Source: Tubulanus polymorphus (lineage: Eukaryota; Animalia; Nemertea). Taken from it: a stretch of DNA of 64,000 bases. The stretch's first letter is position 1, and the number at the start of each line of letters is the position of its first letter. The position numbers were made by a program, and so were the translations under genes. Under the pieces are notes generated by a model. It saw only the letters and a list, made by a program, of their open reading frames with translations, was not told where the DNA came from and searched no databases. Positions 36,671-49,581 of this stretch are shown here, piece by piece. The stretch is taken from positions 930,001 to 994,000 of the forward strand of contig NC_134032.1 of the NCBI RefSeq assembly GCF_964204645.1, given 5' to 3'.

Positions 36671-37694
36671 GGTATCATGATGCAATCTAATTAATAACAA
36701 GAAGCTTACTATGTACATAGACCCGGCTTAACCACCGGACCAATTCAATCCGAATTTTAATCTAATTCCCGGTTAAGATCAGTTTAATCCAGATTTCGCA
36801 CTAATCTCGATTAATCTAGACATTAGTTAAGGACCTAACCCTGATTCCTACACAACTCGTGTAAAATATGATATTTAATCGGTAAACAACAGAAGGGCGA
36901 TTACAAAATTTGGGGGAAGCACATCGCAATATGGCATTGTCCACATAGCTTTAGCTGGAATGGATCTCGGCTAATATCAGGGGACAATAGATAGTAGTGT
37001 TAGATGTGAAAAACACTTAAGCGTTTTAGGCCAGGATCAAAGGCCCCAGTCGAAATTTTAGCACGGTTCAAATTATCGGGTGTGAATTGTAACCGGTTTA
37101 CGTGTGAACCTCACAGTCTATAAACTAGCCACAGCTGAATTTGATTGCGATATAAAGCCCTACTAGTACATTCACATACTGGCTAGGACTTTCCCGAGAT
37201 ATGAGTGATTTCTAAAATCCACGAAAGAATTGAGGGCTTCAAAAATAACTCTTCTATTTTAAGCGGTCCAGTAATGTACGCAAAAAGCCAGATCATAATT
37301 TACTCTTATCAGCAACAAGGCAAGGGTAGAACTTTAGCTGCACACCAGCTACAGCGCGTAATAGTGTAATTGTATCTAGAACATGGCCTCGCCCTTCCCG
37401 TAACACTTCCTCAAGGTTCAGATTTACTCAAACGTCAGCAATTTATCCATATATGGATTTGTTTCATGGAGAGTAACGCGATGAACCGCGCGCCTCATGA
37501 ATATTCATGAGTCGTCGGATAGCGTTTGCAAGCGGCGCGCATTTTAGTTTGATCACGTCGATAGGAAAATGAATGAAGCCGATCTTATACGTTTGGCTTG
37601 AGGCTTGAGAAAGTTCGGGAGGTTTTGGATAATGAACTTGGCTCTTAATGTATGGACCAAGAACGCTTTGAAAACATCACATTTTATCGCAACT

Positions 37695-38160
37695 TTTTTC
37701 AAAAACTGATCGTCCACACTTCACATGTGTTCAGTGCTTCACCTGAGACATTTCTAATTGAAAATGAACTACAAACACCAGATATTAGACATTTTATCAG
37801 CACACTTTCAAAAACTGATCGTCCACATTTCACATGTGTTCAGGACTTCACCTGAGACATTTCTTATTGAAACTGAACTACAAACACCAGATATTAGACA
37901 GTTTATCAGCACACTTTCAAAAACTGATCATCCACACTTCACATGTGTTCAGTGCTTCACCTGAGACATTTTCAATTGAAAATGAACTACAAACACCTGA
38001 CATTAGACATTTTATCAGCACACTTTCATAAACTGATCGTCCACACTTTCAAAAACTGTGTTCAGAACTTCACCCGAGACATTTTCAATTGAAAATGAAC
38101 CACAAACACCAGAAGATGGACATTTCATCAGCATTCTTTTGAAAAGTGATCGTCCACACT
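37695..38160. repeat. 109-bp satellite, about 4 copies, opposite orientation
   Basis: Reverse complement of the 19109-20602 monomer. Confidence 0.9.
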
Positions 38161-39344
38161 TAAAATACCAATTATAGGCCTATACCAATAGATGGTGAAT
38201 GATTGAGTTGGTTGACCGATTCAAAAATAAATGCACTATATTCATGGAATATTTATGGAAGACAATGACCTCGATGTTAAAACTGCTGCATGTCATCGCA
38301 GAAACGCGAACCCGTCTCAGTACTGCAGCAGCTATCTGTGCAAAACTGTGTAGGCAGTTTAAGGTGTGGTTGCGTTCAGAGATCAAACAACTCTAGAACA
38401 ATCATCTAAAAGTAAAACCCCGAGGGTTCTGCGTTCATTTTCGCTTTGAAATTGATTTTATCTCGTGACACCATTAAAACGGAACACTGTGATATCACTT
38501 CAGAACTGGGTTACGTGTTACTTTTCTAGACCTTCCAATGGGATACCGGCGAGGCTACCGAGGGAAGCGAGGATTCAGCGATAATCCGCCAGGTGTCGCT
38601 AGTGGTACTGGGTTACCGCCCTTCAATTTCTTCTACATTTCAATAAACTTCGAGTCAAATTTTCTGTTTAGTAAATCAATTTTCAGTGAAATCAATACGA
38701 CACACTGAGTGAGAAAGGAAATTTTATATCTATTCGATGACTCGTTTGATAATTTCCGGATTTGGAAGCCTAAAAATGATGTTCAAATTTCATCGAAAAT
38801 GAACTGATTTTCACCACGAGTAACCCGGTGTTTAGTTGCGCCATCTGGTGTTGCCGGTATTCAATTCGGACTGTGCGAAAATTGAAACTAATCGGCCTAC
38901 ATTACGATAAGCTAGGAATTAAGCTCTACGTTAAAAAAGGCCAAGTAGGCTTTATGCAAAACGGCACAAACTGAAACTGGATCCAGAACTCATAGTTCAC
39001 AGTTCCGGGTTCATAGTCTCCATGACCAGTCTCATTCCGTGACTTTCAAGCACCTTTTTGCCCCCAATTCAAAGAACCGATTCGTTGATCAAATTGACAG
39101 TAATAGATCACAATTAACTGACACCTGACTATTAAATATATTTTATCAAAATACTTTGAAATATATTTGATACAGAAATATTAGGTTCTCCAATGCTACT
39201 AATACTGAAACCTCGATGGCATATCTTATACCTGGCCTCCTTACATCTTTACATATATCGACCCATCGGCTATAATCGTCACGCAGAATCATGAAATCTA
39301 CATTTTCCAGGCATTCTTGTAATAAGCAGATTTCAAGAGCTGTA

Positions 39345-39853
39345 TCACGATTGCTGTATCACGACTATTTCTACGTTAATTTTTCCTTTAGTTTGTATCA
39401 TCTCTGATTTCTTGAATTAGTCTCTTTGTCTTTGGATTGTATATATATCTCATAATTTCTGTAGTATCTCATTATTCCTGAAGATGACTATTAGGATATA
39501 GTCGAAACGTTGAATAAACTACACTAGCTCAAGGAATACAGTATTCCTGAAGATGACTATTAGGATATAGTGGAAACGTTGAATAAACTACACTAGCTCA
39601 AGGAATACAGTATTCCTGAAGATGACTATTAGGATATAGTCGAAACGTTGAATAAACTACACTAGCTCAAGGAATACAGTATTCCTGAAGATGACTATTA
39701 GGATATAGTCAAAACCTTGAATAAACTACACTAGCTCAAGGAATACAGTATTCCTGAAGATGACTATTAGGATATAGTCGAAACGTTGAAATAAACTACT
39801 ATCTCGAAGTTTCATTTTCGGACTTTTTATTATCATTGTGGGATTCTCTCCTC
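39345..39853 (+). mobile_element. PLE-derived insertion containing five tandem hammerhead motifs at a 69-bp period
   Basis: 13-bp direct repeat TTCAAGAGCTGTA at 39332-39344 and 39854-39866. CTGAAGA cores at 39478, 39547, 39616, 39685 and 39754. Ends match ~1728-1936. Confidence 0.85.
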
Positions 39854-41176
39854 TTCAAGAGCTGTAACAGTGAACTTGTAACTTTGACCTGCAGATGATA
39901 ACTAATGACTGATCTAGTAAAAAGCCATTTGAAAATTTGTTTCAGCAATAATTAAATTAGTATGTTATCATAGTAGTACATATAATTAGAAACAACTGTA
40001 ATTGATTACCAGTAGATACTAGCAGTTGTTTCTTCATCAGAAGAGCCAAGAGAACAAAAGCAGGCCGCCCATTTGTTTGAGTTTGACTTTATCTGCCGTC
40101 TAAATTGGGGCCTGAAGAAATCAAGTATCAACCAGGCGCATTATAATAGTCCGGGTGGCAAGTGAGGATCCACCAGGTGTCACTATAGTGTGCAATTCGA
40201 TATCAACTACTGCAAATTGGTTTCAGTTGAAACCAGTTTTTTTAAAAATCATGGTCTCTGGCTGGTGCAATACAAACAGACTTCGCCGCTTAGGCTATTG
40301 GCTTTTTCGCACAATCTAAATTCAACGACCCTAACCAGATTCAAAACTTCAATAATCTACTCGATCTAGCCTCTAGGTTACTAGAAATCTATCTTAATTC
40401 TAGGTCAGAATTCTTTTCGCAACAGACCCCTGTCTGATTTTTATGCAATAGAATTTCATTTATTCATTCTCATTTCTCGATCTCTGGCCAACAACAATCA
40501 AACATGGCCAAATTAAATTGACTGAGTCTGACCCTGACATGGAACCTCGAAAACACACAACTTATTGACACTTATTATAATTAAGCGCACAGCGTCAACT
40601 AAATTTCGACATGTATTTATTGATTACCTTGAAACTGTTTAATTAATTCCCACTGGTCTTAAACTGTTAAAACACCACCAATATGTTGTAATCAGACCGC
40701 ACACCACAATTCAATCAAATTATATTGTCCGACCGTCAGCTGGCGCCGTCTATGTATTTGAAATATTTTAACATCCAATTCCGTATTTTAGTTTACGGTG
40801 GCCACTAATGCTCGGTTGGGGATCTATTGAATTTCCTAATCCGTATTTTACTGTACGGTGTCCACTAATGATCGGTTGTGGACTTATGGCAATAAAGCCG
40901 TTAGCCGAAGTTTAGTGATTTTTTCCCTTAAAAAGCCGTCAATCTGTCAAAATTTTGATTGTTCCGCTGAATTTGCTTTTTTTCACCGATCAAAATTAAC
41001 TGCAGCTGATTCTGAGTGTAAAACGCCGCTGCTTCCACACGGGTCGATGTTGTTCTGAAGCCTGAAGGCTGGAGTTACCGCAAATATTGGTGGGCCTTTT
41101 TTTTTAGTAAATTTCTGTGGTTTTCTGACTCTCTAAGTCTCATCTAAATGTCTGATTTTTCGTTGAATATTAAACT

Positions 41177-41728
41177 TACTAATGTCTATTTATTAATGGA
41201 TGAGACCTGTTTTTCTGGGATATTTTGCTTACTTTTTGGGGTACATACCTCATTTATGTCTTAACAGAATGCCAAAAATCGCGGACAACAACTGAATATC
41301 CGATATATTTCCAGTTCTGTACCAATTAGATGGATTGGCAAAAAGACTCCTTAAGTCCAATTGAATGAGAGAGAAAATCCTCCATTTTGTGAAATTTCTT
41401 GAATTTTTACATTGTCACCATGCCTACGAAATGAAGTTATTTTTCTTGTGGGGTCTCAACAACTAAATCAGGGTGGCGTAGGCATGGTAACAATGTTCAA
41501 ATCCAAGAAATTTGACAAAATGGAGGATTTTCTCTCTCATTCAACTGGACTTAAGCAGTCTTTTTGCCAATTCATCTAATTGGTACAGAACTGGAAATAT
41601 ATCGGATATTCAGTTGTTGTCCGCGACTTTTGGCATTCTGTTAAGACATAAATGAGGTATGTACCCCAAAAAGTAAGCAAAATATCCAAGAAAAACAGGT
41701 CTCATCAATTAATAAATAGACATTAGTA
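41177..41728. mobile_element. Near-perfect ~550-bp foldback MITE
   Basis: TACTAATGTCTATTTATTAAT...ATTAATAAATAGACATTAGTA, with ~250-bp arms. Confidence 0.85.
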
Positions 41729-41750
41729 GTTTGTTCTTCATTCACTTCTT

Positions 41751-41953
41751 GGTAAGATTCAAGAATAGGGGACTAGTGGTTAGGATTAGGGTTAGGATTA
41801 GGTTTAGAGATAGGTTTAGTTCCCTAATCATCATTAATTACTATATACATTACTATCATTATATATCATCATTATCAATTACTAATATTATTACTTAATT
41901 GATTACTATCACTACATACATATTGCTATAGTGCCCTATTCTTGAATCGCACC
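41751..41953. mobile_element. Uninterrupted copy of the MITE at 16804-17508
   Basis: GGTAAGATTCAAGAATAGGG...CCCTATTCTTGAATCGCACC. Confidence 0.75.
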
Positions 41954-42385
41954 CAATTCTTAAAAGAATGATAGGCCTTCTTGCTAAAGTCTATTTATTT
42001 TTTCGATTGGCGCCGATCTTTTAGGGATATTTCGCCTAATATTCCGCACGCATCCCTCAAATAGGTGTCAATCGAAGTAAGAGCAGGTACAGTTGTGCAG
42101 TCCAGATAAATCATCGTTTGTATCCATATATCACTGTTTTGAAGGATTGATGATTATTCTCGAAAATTGAGCTTTAAATCGGCAAGATAGACCGAAGTAG
42201 TAATAGAAATAATCTTTGGCTGATGATGCGACGCCTAATTATTATTAGTAGCAGTCGCTATGTGTGGCGATCCTGTTTTGCAATGATGAAATTATTTCTG
42301 GATTAGGTGGTAGGCGTACACAGTGGTAGGGCCTCAGGCCTATATAAATTCCATGCCAAATTTTCTCCCAAGTGGTGCACCTTGC

Positions 42386-42610
42386 AGCGAAATATCAGCT
42401 GCCATTCTTAGATCATCGAAATATCAGCTGCCATTCTTAGATCAGCGAAATATCAGCTGCCATTCTTAAATCAGCGAAATATCAGCTGCCATTCTTAAAT
42501 CAGCGAAATATCAGCTGCCATTCTTAAATCAGTGAAATATCAGCTGCCATTCTTAAATCAGCGAAATATCAGCTGCCATTCTTAAATCAGCGAAATATCA
42601 GCTGCCATTG
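42386..42610. repeat. 29-bp minisatellite (~8 copies)
   Basis: Unit GCGAAATATCAGCTGCCATTCTTAAATCA. Confidence 0.95.
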
Positions 42611-42671
42611 TTAATAAGATGCGTTGACAGGATTGAATTTAATGAACGTGTGTTTTGTCTCTAATCCGCAG

Positions 42672-45600
42672 CTGCGCGCACAGTATCAGCTGCACAGTGG
42701 AGGACGACGATAATTCATCAGGTGCCGATTCTGGAGTCTACGAAGACGAAGATGTTACAGCCCCGACACCGGACGTCCCGCTACCCCAGGCCGGGGGGCC
42801 GCCCGCTGCGGTGACGTATCATCATCACCAGCAGCAGCAGCAGCAACAAGACGAGAGGATGGAGGTGGAAGAAGATGGTATGTCTCTGGTTACTGGGTTA
42901 CTGAAAATAGTTCCTCTTCGTTGGTTCTCAGACTTCTGTGAGACCTTAATTCTTGTAGACCTACTGTCTGTCTTTCTGTCTGTCTGTCTTTCTGTCTGTC
43001 TGTCTGTTTGGCTGTCTGTCTGGCTGTCTTTCAGCTACCTATGCAGCTGTCAATCTGCTGTCTGTACCCACCCCCTCAGACAATCAGTTTTTGTTTGTGT
43101 GGCTATAGCCTGTTGATAAATTGTGTAAGGGTGCATCGTTTGGGTGTAGCATTGCGAACTAGGTCAAGATGGCGAATGTCTGTCAAATTCATTGCCATTG
43201 AAAAATGATCTGTCTGATTTTTACAATAGTGTCGAATCACATTTTTGAATTAACCCTTTCAGTGCCGACTAATTAATACCCTATAGTGCTGGAGATGATT
43301 TGAAAATTCTGAAAAATTCCACCCTAGTGTGTTGAATAACGGGAATAGCACTATAGTGCATCTACACCGCGGCGCGATGTATCGTTAGTTACTAATATTA
43401 CACTATGTTTGACAGGTGCTGCCATCTTTCAAGAGAGATAATTACTAATTACATCAATATACACCAATCTACAATCTATAATATACAAATATACAAATCT
43501 ATCCCTGATTTATACACCGCACTGCGATGTAGACACACTGAAAGGGTTAACAGTCAACAGTCCTGCGCATTAAGCTCAATTGGTTGAGCGGAGGACTTGG
43601 AACCAAGAGGTCCCTGTTTCGAAACCACCTCTGGCGTTGGCTGTTGAGACACCTACATGGACTAGCCCTGCTGATTTAGTCAGGTTGTTAGTCATAACAA
43701 CCTATAAAAAGGCCCTGGTCGTCTCTTAAGACCCACACTAGGGTTACACTACTGCTACTCGGGGACGTAAAACTCTACTTCTCGTTTCTGCAGATGATTC
43801 CGGGGATGATGTGGAATTCGAGGTCGGTGCTGCAGCGGCGGCGGGAGGCGGCGGCGGAAGCCGGGCGGGCGCGACGCGGTATTCGTTTTACGCCCAGCAG
43901 ATTTCGCTCGCCGAATTCGAGGAGGAAGGCCGAGTTTTAACGAAGGCGGCCGTCGCCGAACTTATGCAAACGGAACAATATCAGAAAATGGTCAATACCT
44001 GTTCCAGGTACGTTATCATCGCTCGATACGGGATCAGTAAAATACTCCGTTCTAATCGGTCTGAAGTTAGGATTCGAGTTTAGACTGGTCTTTAGTTGTT
44101 AGATTGGCTATAGAACCAAAATGAGCTTAGACTGGTCTTAAGTTGTTAGATCGGTTATAGAACCAAAATGAGTTTAGACTGGTCTTAAGTTGTTAGATTG
44201 GTTATAGAACCAAAATGAGCTTAGACTGGTCTTAAGTTGTTAGATTGGCTATAGAACCAAAATGAGCTTAGACTGGTCTTAAGTTGTTAGATTGGCTATA
44301 GAACCAAAATGAGCTTAGACTGGTCTTAAGTTGTTAGATTGGTTATAGAACCAAAATGAGCTTAGACTGGTCTTAAGTTGTTAGATTGGCTATAGAACCA
44401 AAATGAGCTTAGACTGGTCTTAAGTTGTTAGATTGGTTATAGAACCAAAATGAGCTTAGACTGGTCTTAAGTTGTTAGATTGGTTATAGAACCAAAATGA
44501 GCTTAGACTGGTCTTTAGTTGTTAGATTGGTTATAGAACCAAAATGAGCTTAGACTGGTCTTAAGTTGTTAGATTGGCTATAGAACCAAAATGAGCTTAG
44601 ACTGGTCTTAAGTTGTTAGATTGGCTATAGAACCAAAATGAGCTTAGACTGGTCTTAAGTTGTAAGATTGGTTATAGAACCAAAATGAGCTTAGACTGGT
44701 CTTAAGTTGTAAGATTGGTTATAGAACCAAAATGAGCTTAGACTGGTCTTAAGTTGTAAGATTGTTTATAGAACTAAATTGAGCTTAGATTGGTCTTAAG
44801 TTGTCAGATTGGCTATAGAACTAACTAAGTTGGTCTTAGACTGGTCTTAAGTTGTTAGATTGGTTATAGAACTAAAATGAGCTTAGACTGGTCTTTAGTT
44901 GTTATTTGGTTATAGAACCAAAATGAATTGAGACTGGTCTTAAGTTGTTAGATTGGCTATAGAACCAAAATGAGCTAAGACTGGTCTTAAGTTGTTAGAT
45001 TGGCTATAGAACCAAAATGAGCTAAGACTGGTCTTAAGTTGTTAGATTGGCTATAGAACCAAAATGAGCTTAGACTGGTCTTTAGTTGTTATTTGGTTAT
45101 AGAACCAAAATGAATTGAGACTGGTCTTAAGTTGTTAGATTGGCTATAGAACCAAAATGAGCTAAGACTGGTCTTAAGTTGTTAGATTGGCTATAGAACC
45201 AAAATGAGCTAAGACTGGTCTTAAGTTGTTAGATTGGCTATAGAACCAAAATGAGCTAAGACTGGTCTTAAATTGTGAGATGAACTCACAAATCCTAAAA
45301 TTACCCGATCTCTTAGTCTAAATAGTACTGAGTTAGGTACTGAGTTAACTTTAGGACCAAAATAACTGAAAGCCTCTTCTCTCATGAGACCCAGTTTTAT
45401 AACCGTGTATTTGAAATCGAACTTGCTGATATTTTGTAGTTGCCACGCGTGTTGGTTGTATCAACAGATAACTGCTGATTGCAGAGAATGCGGAGGTTTC
45501 GCCATTCAGAGACCCTGTCCCGTCTGTGATGGTCGATGTATGCAAACTTGGACGCGAGATCCGAAAATGGTAAGCTATCCCCCGTTTGAAAAATACTTTC

Positions 45601-46706
45601 TCGATTTCTGGGTAGGGAATGAACTACCAGAACCTAGTTAACATGGGCATCCCCAGGATTTTTAATGGGTGGTTGAACTTCCCTTCAAAAAGGGCTGAAT
45701 CAATATTTAATCGATAAGATTTTTTATTTTGATTTTTAACAATCAATCTAGACCTTAAAAGGCCTTACAATTAATATGTACATAATGCTTGTTTGATATA
45801 GGTTTAAGCTGTTTAAGCTACTCTGAAATATACTATTTTAGGCTAAAAAGTGATACCTTGTTTCTCCAAATCGGCTGGGTCACTTTCTAAACTGCAGTAG
45901 ATTTTGTAATCAGTTGATTTCTATAGCCCACTGGGTCTGCTATTGCTATGGCTCGATCATGAATTTCAAAAAGTAATGTACAAGGTAGATAGGCGGCCTT
46001 ATAAGCACAGCTAAAATGATAGTATTTATTTCTTATATACAGTTAGTTCCATATACATTTCATAAGCACTAGCGAAAATGCAGTCTCTGATTCAAACGTG
46101 GGTTCAATGCGATGTGTTCCTTCTTAACCCTTTCAGTGCTGACTAATAAATACCCTATAGTGCTGGAGATAATTTGAAAATTTGGAAAATTTTCCACCCT
46201 AGTGTGTTGAATAACGGGAATAGCACTATAGTGTGTCTACACCGCAGTGCGGTGTATCGTTAGTTACTAGTATTTCACTATGTTTGACAGGTGCTGCCAT
46301 CTTTCAATAGAGATAAAAACTAATTACTAATTGCCATCTTTCAATAGAGGTAAAAACTAATTACTGATTACATCAATACACCGCAGTGCGGTTACTAGCA
46401 AAATCCATCACTGATTCATACACCGCACTGCGGAGTAGACGCACTGAAAGGGTTAAAGAAGAGTTTCTTAAACACAGGTTTTGTGTTGAGCTCTGCATTG
46501 AGCCATTCTAAGCTCGAGGCGGGTTGAAGTTTTATCTCGATAATACTGTCGCCTTTTTTTTCCAGACCCATTCATTCCAGAAAGCTCATTGGAACGGCAA
46601 GTGCGCTTTGCCTCACGAACAACAGATGGCGCTGCTGTTCCAGAAGTGCGTCGAGTCCGACGAGGACACGATCGTCAACGGAATGGAGGATTTGCACACC
46701 AGTTAG
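42672..46706 (+). CDS. Protein pinocchio-like (Cys-rich zinc-binding domain); first exon and start codon not located
   Basis: In-phase exons 42672-42877, 43794-44007, 45440-45569 and 46566-46706. NTCSSCHACW...DCRECGGFAIQRPCPVCDGRCMQTWTRDPKMTHSFQKAHWNGKC matches the pinocchio pattern CxxCxxxW...DCxECGG...RPCPxCDGxC...W.RD..MSH....A.W.G.C as I recall it. Confidence 0.8.
43250..43550. mobile_element. piggyBac-like MITE
   Basis: TTAA-CCCTTTCAGTG...CACTGAAAGGG-TTAA. Confidence 0.85.
43565..43780 (+). mobile_element. tRNA-derived SINE
   Basis: A-box-like AGCTCAATTGGTTGAGCG and B-box-like GTTTCGAAACC, no intact cloverleaf, and a 3' tail ending GGGGACGTAAAACTC. Confidence 0.55.
44079..45271. repeat. 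47-bp satellite (~25 copies) derived from the interior of the GGGGCCAGTT MITE
   Basis: Unit AGACTGGTCTTAAGTTGTTAGATTGGCTATAGAACCAAAATGAGCTT. The same sequence occurs once inside the MITEs at ~21390-21450 and ~34437-34497. Confidence 0.9.
46124..46456. mobile_element. piggyBac-like MITE with a short internal duplication
   Basis: TTAA termini; TGCCATCTTTCAATAGAG.TAAAAACTAATTACT is duplicated. Confidence 0.85.
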
Positions 46707-46895
46707 AATCAGTCGTCGCGTCGAGAAAAACTAAACGATATCATCGAGCGAATTGTGCATATCATCATCCGTAGTCACGAATCATGGAACTAGAATCGTG
46801 AATTTACGTTCGCATTTTTACACAGCAGTGGGAAATACAGTAGACTACGCGTAGCGAGAATGAAAAAACAGTACAAGGAAAATGTAACTGAAGCT

Positions 46896-47326
46896 CAGGC
46901 GCGGATCCAGGGCCATTCGGTGACTACAGCACAGTGAAAAAAAGGCACCAACTTTGAAAAGGGCCAGTATTGATGCCCGGCGAGCGAGTTAGAGTTTGAG
47001 TGCCATTTATTGGTATCATGCCACTTAATTTGTCTTAACATTCAATTTGCTTATGCACTTTTTCGATTAAATCTATAGAGTCTCTTTTAGAATAGTGCCC
47101 TTTTGAGTAAAAAAAAAATGCCGTCGATTGCCTTTTATGATTTTGGTCAATTTATTTTCATTCACATTTTGCTTTAGTCCTAGTACAGAAAGGCAGTTAT
47201 TTTTTATGGCGCACAAATTGTGTGCCTTTTTATCTACTTTTTTCCCGAAACAAAAATTTTTCGAGGGCATTTGAAAACTGCGACTACCGCACGTGCTGCA
47301 TGTGCGATAGTCTGGATCCGCGCCTG
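46896..47326. mobile_element. Non-autonomous DNA transposon with CAGGCGCGGATCCAG TIRs
   Basis: Perfect 15-bp inverted termini flanked by AAGCT direct repeats. Confidence 0.75.
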
Positions 47327-47764
47327 AAGCTAGTATAACGGTATAACTCGTTTAATTCCGATCGTTTTTATATTCGGATTTTCACTTATTTCGGACTAAA
47401 ACTCCAGGACTCAGTTCCACAGTTGTGAGTTGGAGTTAACTCTGAGTTAAAATTAGTTCATTTTGGATGAGTTAACTCTTGAGTTAAATCTTAACTCACA
47501 ACTGTGGAACTGGGCCCAGTCTCTTCTAGTTTCGATTCAAATGAGAGAGCGCTTAATTCGGATTTTGTTTAATTCGGATAAAATGTTCCGGTCCCGGGTG
47601 ATCCGAATGAAGCGAGTTCTACTATATTCAGTGATCTGTCCGAACCAGTAGCATAATGAACAGGTTTTCCGCCCCTTGTGTTTGTTAACGTGAAGAAATC
47701 GGAAAATCTTTACCGGTATTTGTCTAAACTGGAAATATTTTGCGGGTCCCGGCACTACCATACC

Positions 47765-48104
47765 CATCCTCCCCCGGCAGGGATTCGAACCTGATGGCAT
47801 CGAGATTGCCACGGCACGAAACCCTGCCATAATCGACCGTGTGCGCAGATACATGCGCAGTTCAGATGATGTGATTTTTAGCCAATCAGAAATCCCGTTT
47901 TATTTTAGCCCGGGGTTTTCCCATTTATAGTTCTTCCTTGAAATTTGCCTCAACGATTATACAACGAGCAATCTGATTGGTGCCGCCAGTTTCCGTTCGG
48001 TAAGCTGCGCATGTACCTGCGCACCCGGTCTACTGATGCAGGGGTTCGTGCCGTGGCTGAGTGTAGCGATGCCATCAGGTTCGAGTCCCTGCAGAGGGAG
48101 GATG
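47765..48104. mobile_element. Mutator-like MITE with 9-bp TSD (inverted relative to the 11040-11368 copy)
   Basis: TSD TACCATACC at 47756-47764 and 48105-48113. Confidence 0.85.
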
Positions 48105-48334
48105 TACCATACCGCTATAGGCGGAGTCTACTATAGTATTTATACGGATGACGACCCATTATCGAACTAGCCTAATACCAGGTTATTTCCGAGAATCAAG
48201 TATTATGGTTATGAACTTATCGAATTTAACGCCTGATATATCTCCATACGTACTCGGGCCCGGATCCAGACGCAAATTTAGAAGGACTTGTTGTCACATC
48301 TCAAAAGAGCACTTTGTCGTCCACGAAGGCAATG

Positions 48335-48506
48335 CAGTGGAACCTAGTTACGGCGAACTTCACCGGACCAGAAAAGAAAATCTGTTCGTTATAAACCGAT
48401 AGTTCGTTATCCAGTATGAAATTAAATTTTCTTATGGGACAAAATTCTATATTTGTAATATCCTTTGAATTGTTGTATCGGAGTTCGTTGTAACGGGGTT
48501 CCACTG
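48335..48506. mobile_element. Tc1/mariner-like MITE
   Basis: CAGTGGAACC...GGTTCCACTG termini followed by TA. Confidence 0.6.
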
Positions 48507-49535
48507 TACTAGGGATGCATTGAAATGCACCTGTTATTTTTGTTCACAAAATAGAAAAGGACGAAATATTAGAAATATTTCATGTACTTGTACAAGTCTC
48601 ACAAGTTCTGCTGGATCTGTCTCTGGTGCGGTCTATACCATCGAATACCGTAGTCGCTGCTGTAGGACCTGACTGGAATTCCAATTTATCCAAGGCGCTT
48701 TGAGGTGAAACTTTTTTTGACGGTGGTTAATGTCCTATTGTAGACCAGCGCGCACCTGTCGATCCTCACGATGAAATCGATGATGAATAAACATAATTTA
48801 TGCATAGAACAAAGAAAAAATCTAAAATAAATTTTTTATTTGTTAACTATACTGAGATTTATATCGGTTCACTATAGTCAACAAAGAAACACGTTTCTGA
48901 TTTATGTCGAATTCGAAATGAAGCTGTTAGAATATTTTGTTACGTTGAATTATGATGTCAAACCTCCCCTCATGATGATCTGTATTTGTCCTTAAAAAAA
49001 CGTGCGTGTTTCAAACACAAACGTCGATAGTATCAGGGCGCCAATACAGCGCCAACTAGAACAATGTGTAATTATGATTATGTCTTATTGATTGGTTAAT
49101 AATTATGGTAATAATCGAATTATTTGTTTGCCAATGAAATATTGAAATATATGTATGATATTGTAAATCTAGTGGCTCGTTATCTCATGGTTCGGGGCAA
49201 TTTTTACGTGTCTGCTACATTTTGAAAAGAAATTGTTCAAGTCTTCGGTATTCGTTCATTTTCCCTCCGGTTATTTTCCCTCCAGTCATGATCCCTTAGT
49301 CATTAACCCTCTGATCGTTTTCCCTCCAAAGAATATAATGTTATAAAAAGAAGGGACTTTTGTAGGGTTCACTTTTCTAAAATTGATAGCAGAAAGAATG
49401 TCCTATTTCAGTATGTATAAGGCAACTTATGGATTCATGGAGAAATGCTCATTTTAGTAAGATAAAATCCCACTATTTACAGATTAAAAGAATTTAAAAA
49501 CCAGAATTTATTTATTAAATCTAAAATATATAAAA

Positions 49536-49581
49536 GACACAACGTTTCGATCTCACCCTAGAGATCATCATCAGGTGACGG
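49536..49581 (-). ncRNA. Minimal hammerhead ribozyme motif of a second PLE family
   Basis: Reverse complement reads CAC CUGAUGA U GAUCUC-UAGGGU-GAGAUC GAAA CGUU GUG. It sits between inverted ~50-bp arms (~49458-49508 and ~49588-49639). Confidence 0.7.

Noticed and set aside
43565-43640. Possible tRNA-Pro(TGG) gene
   Set aside because: The anticodon and acceptor stems do not pair and a SINE-like body follows. The weaker tRNA-like stretch at ~35756-35825 was rejected for the same lack of a cloverleaf.
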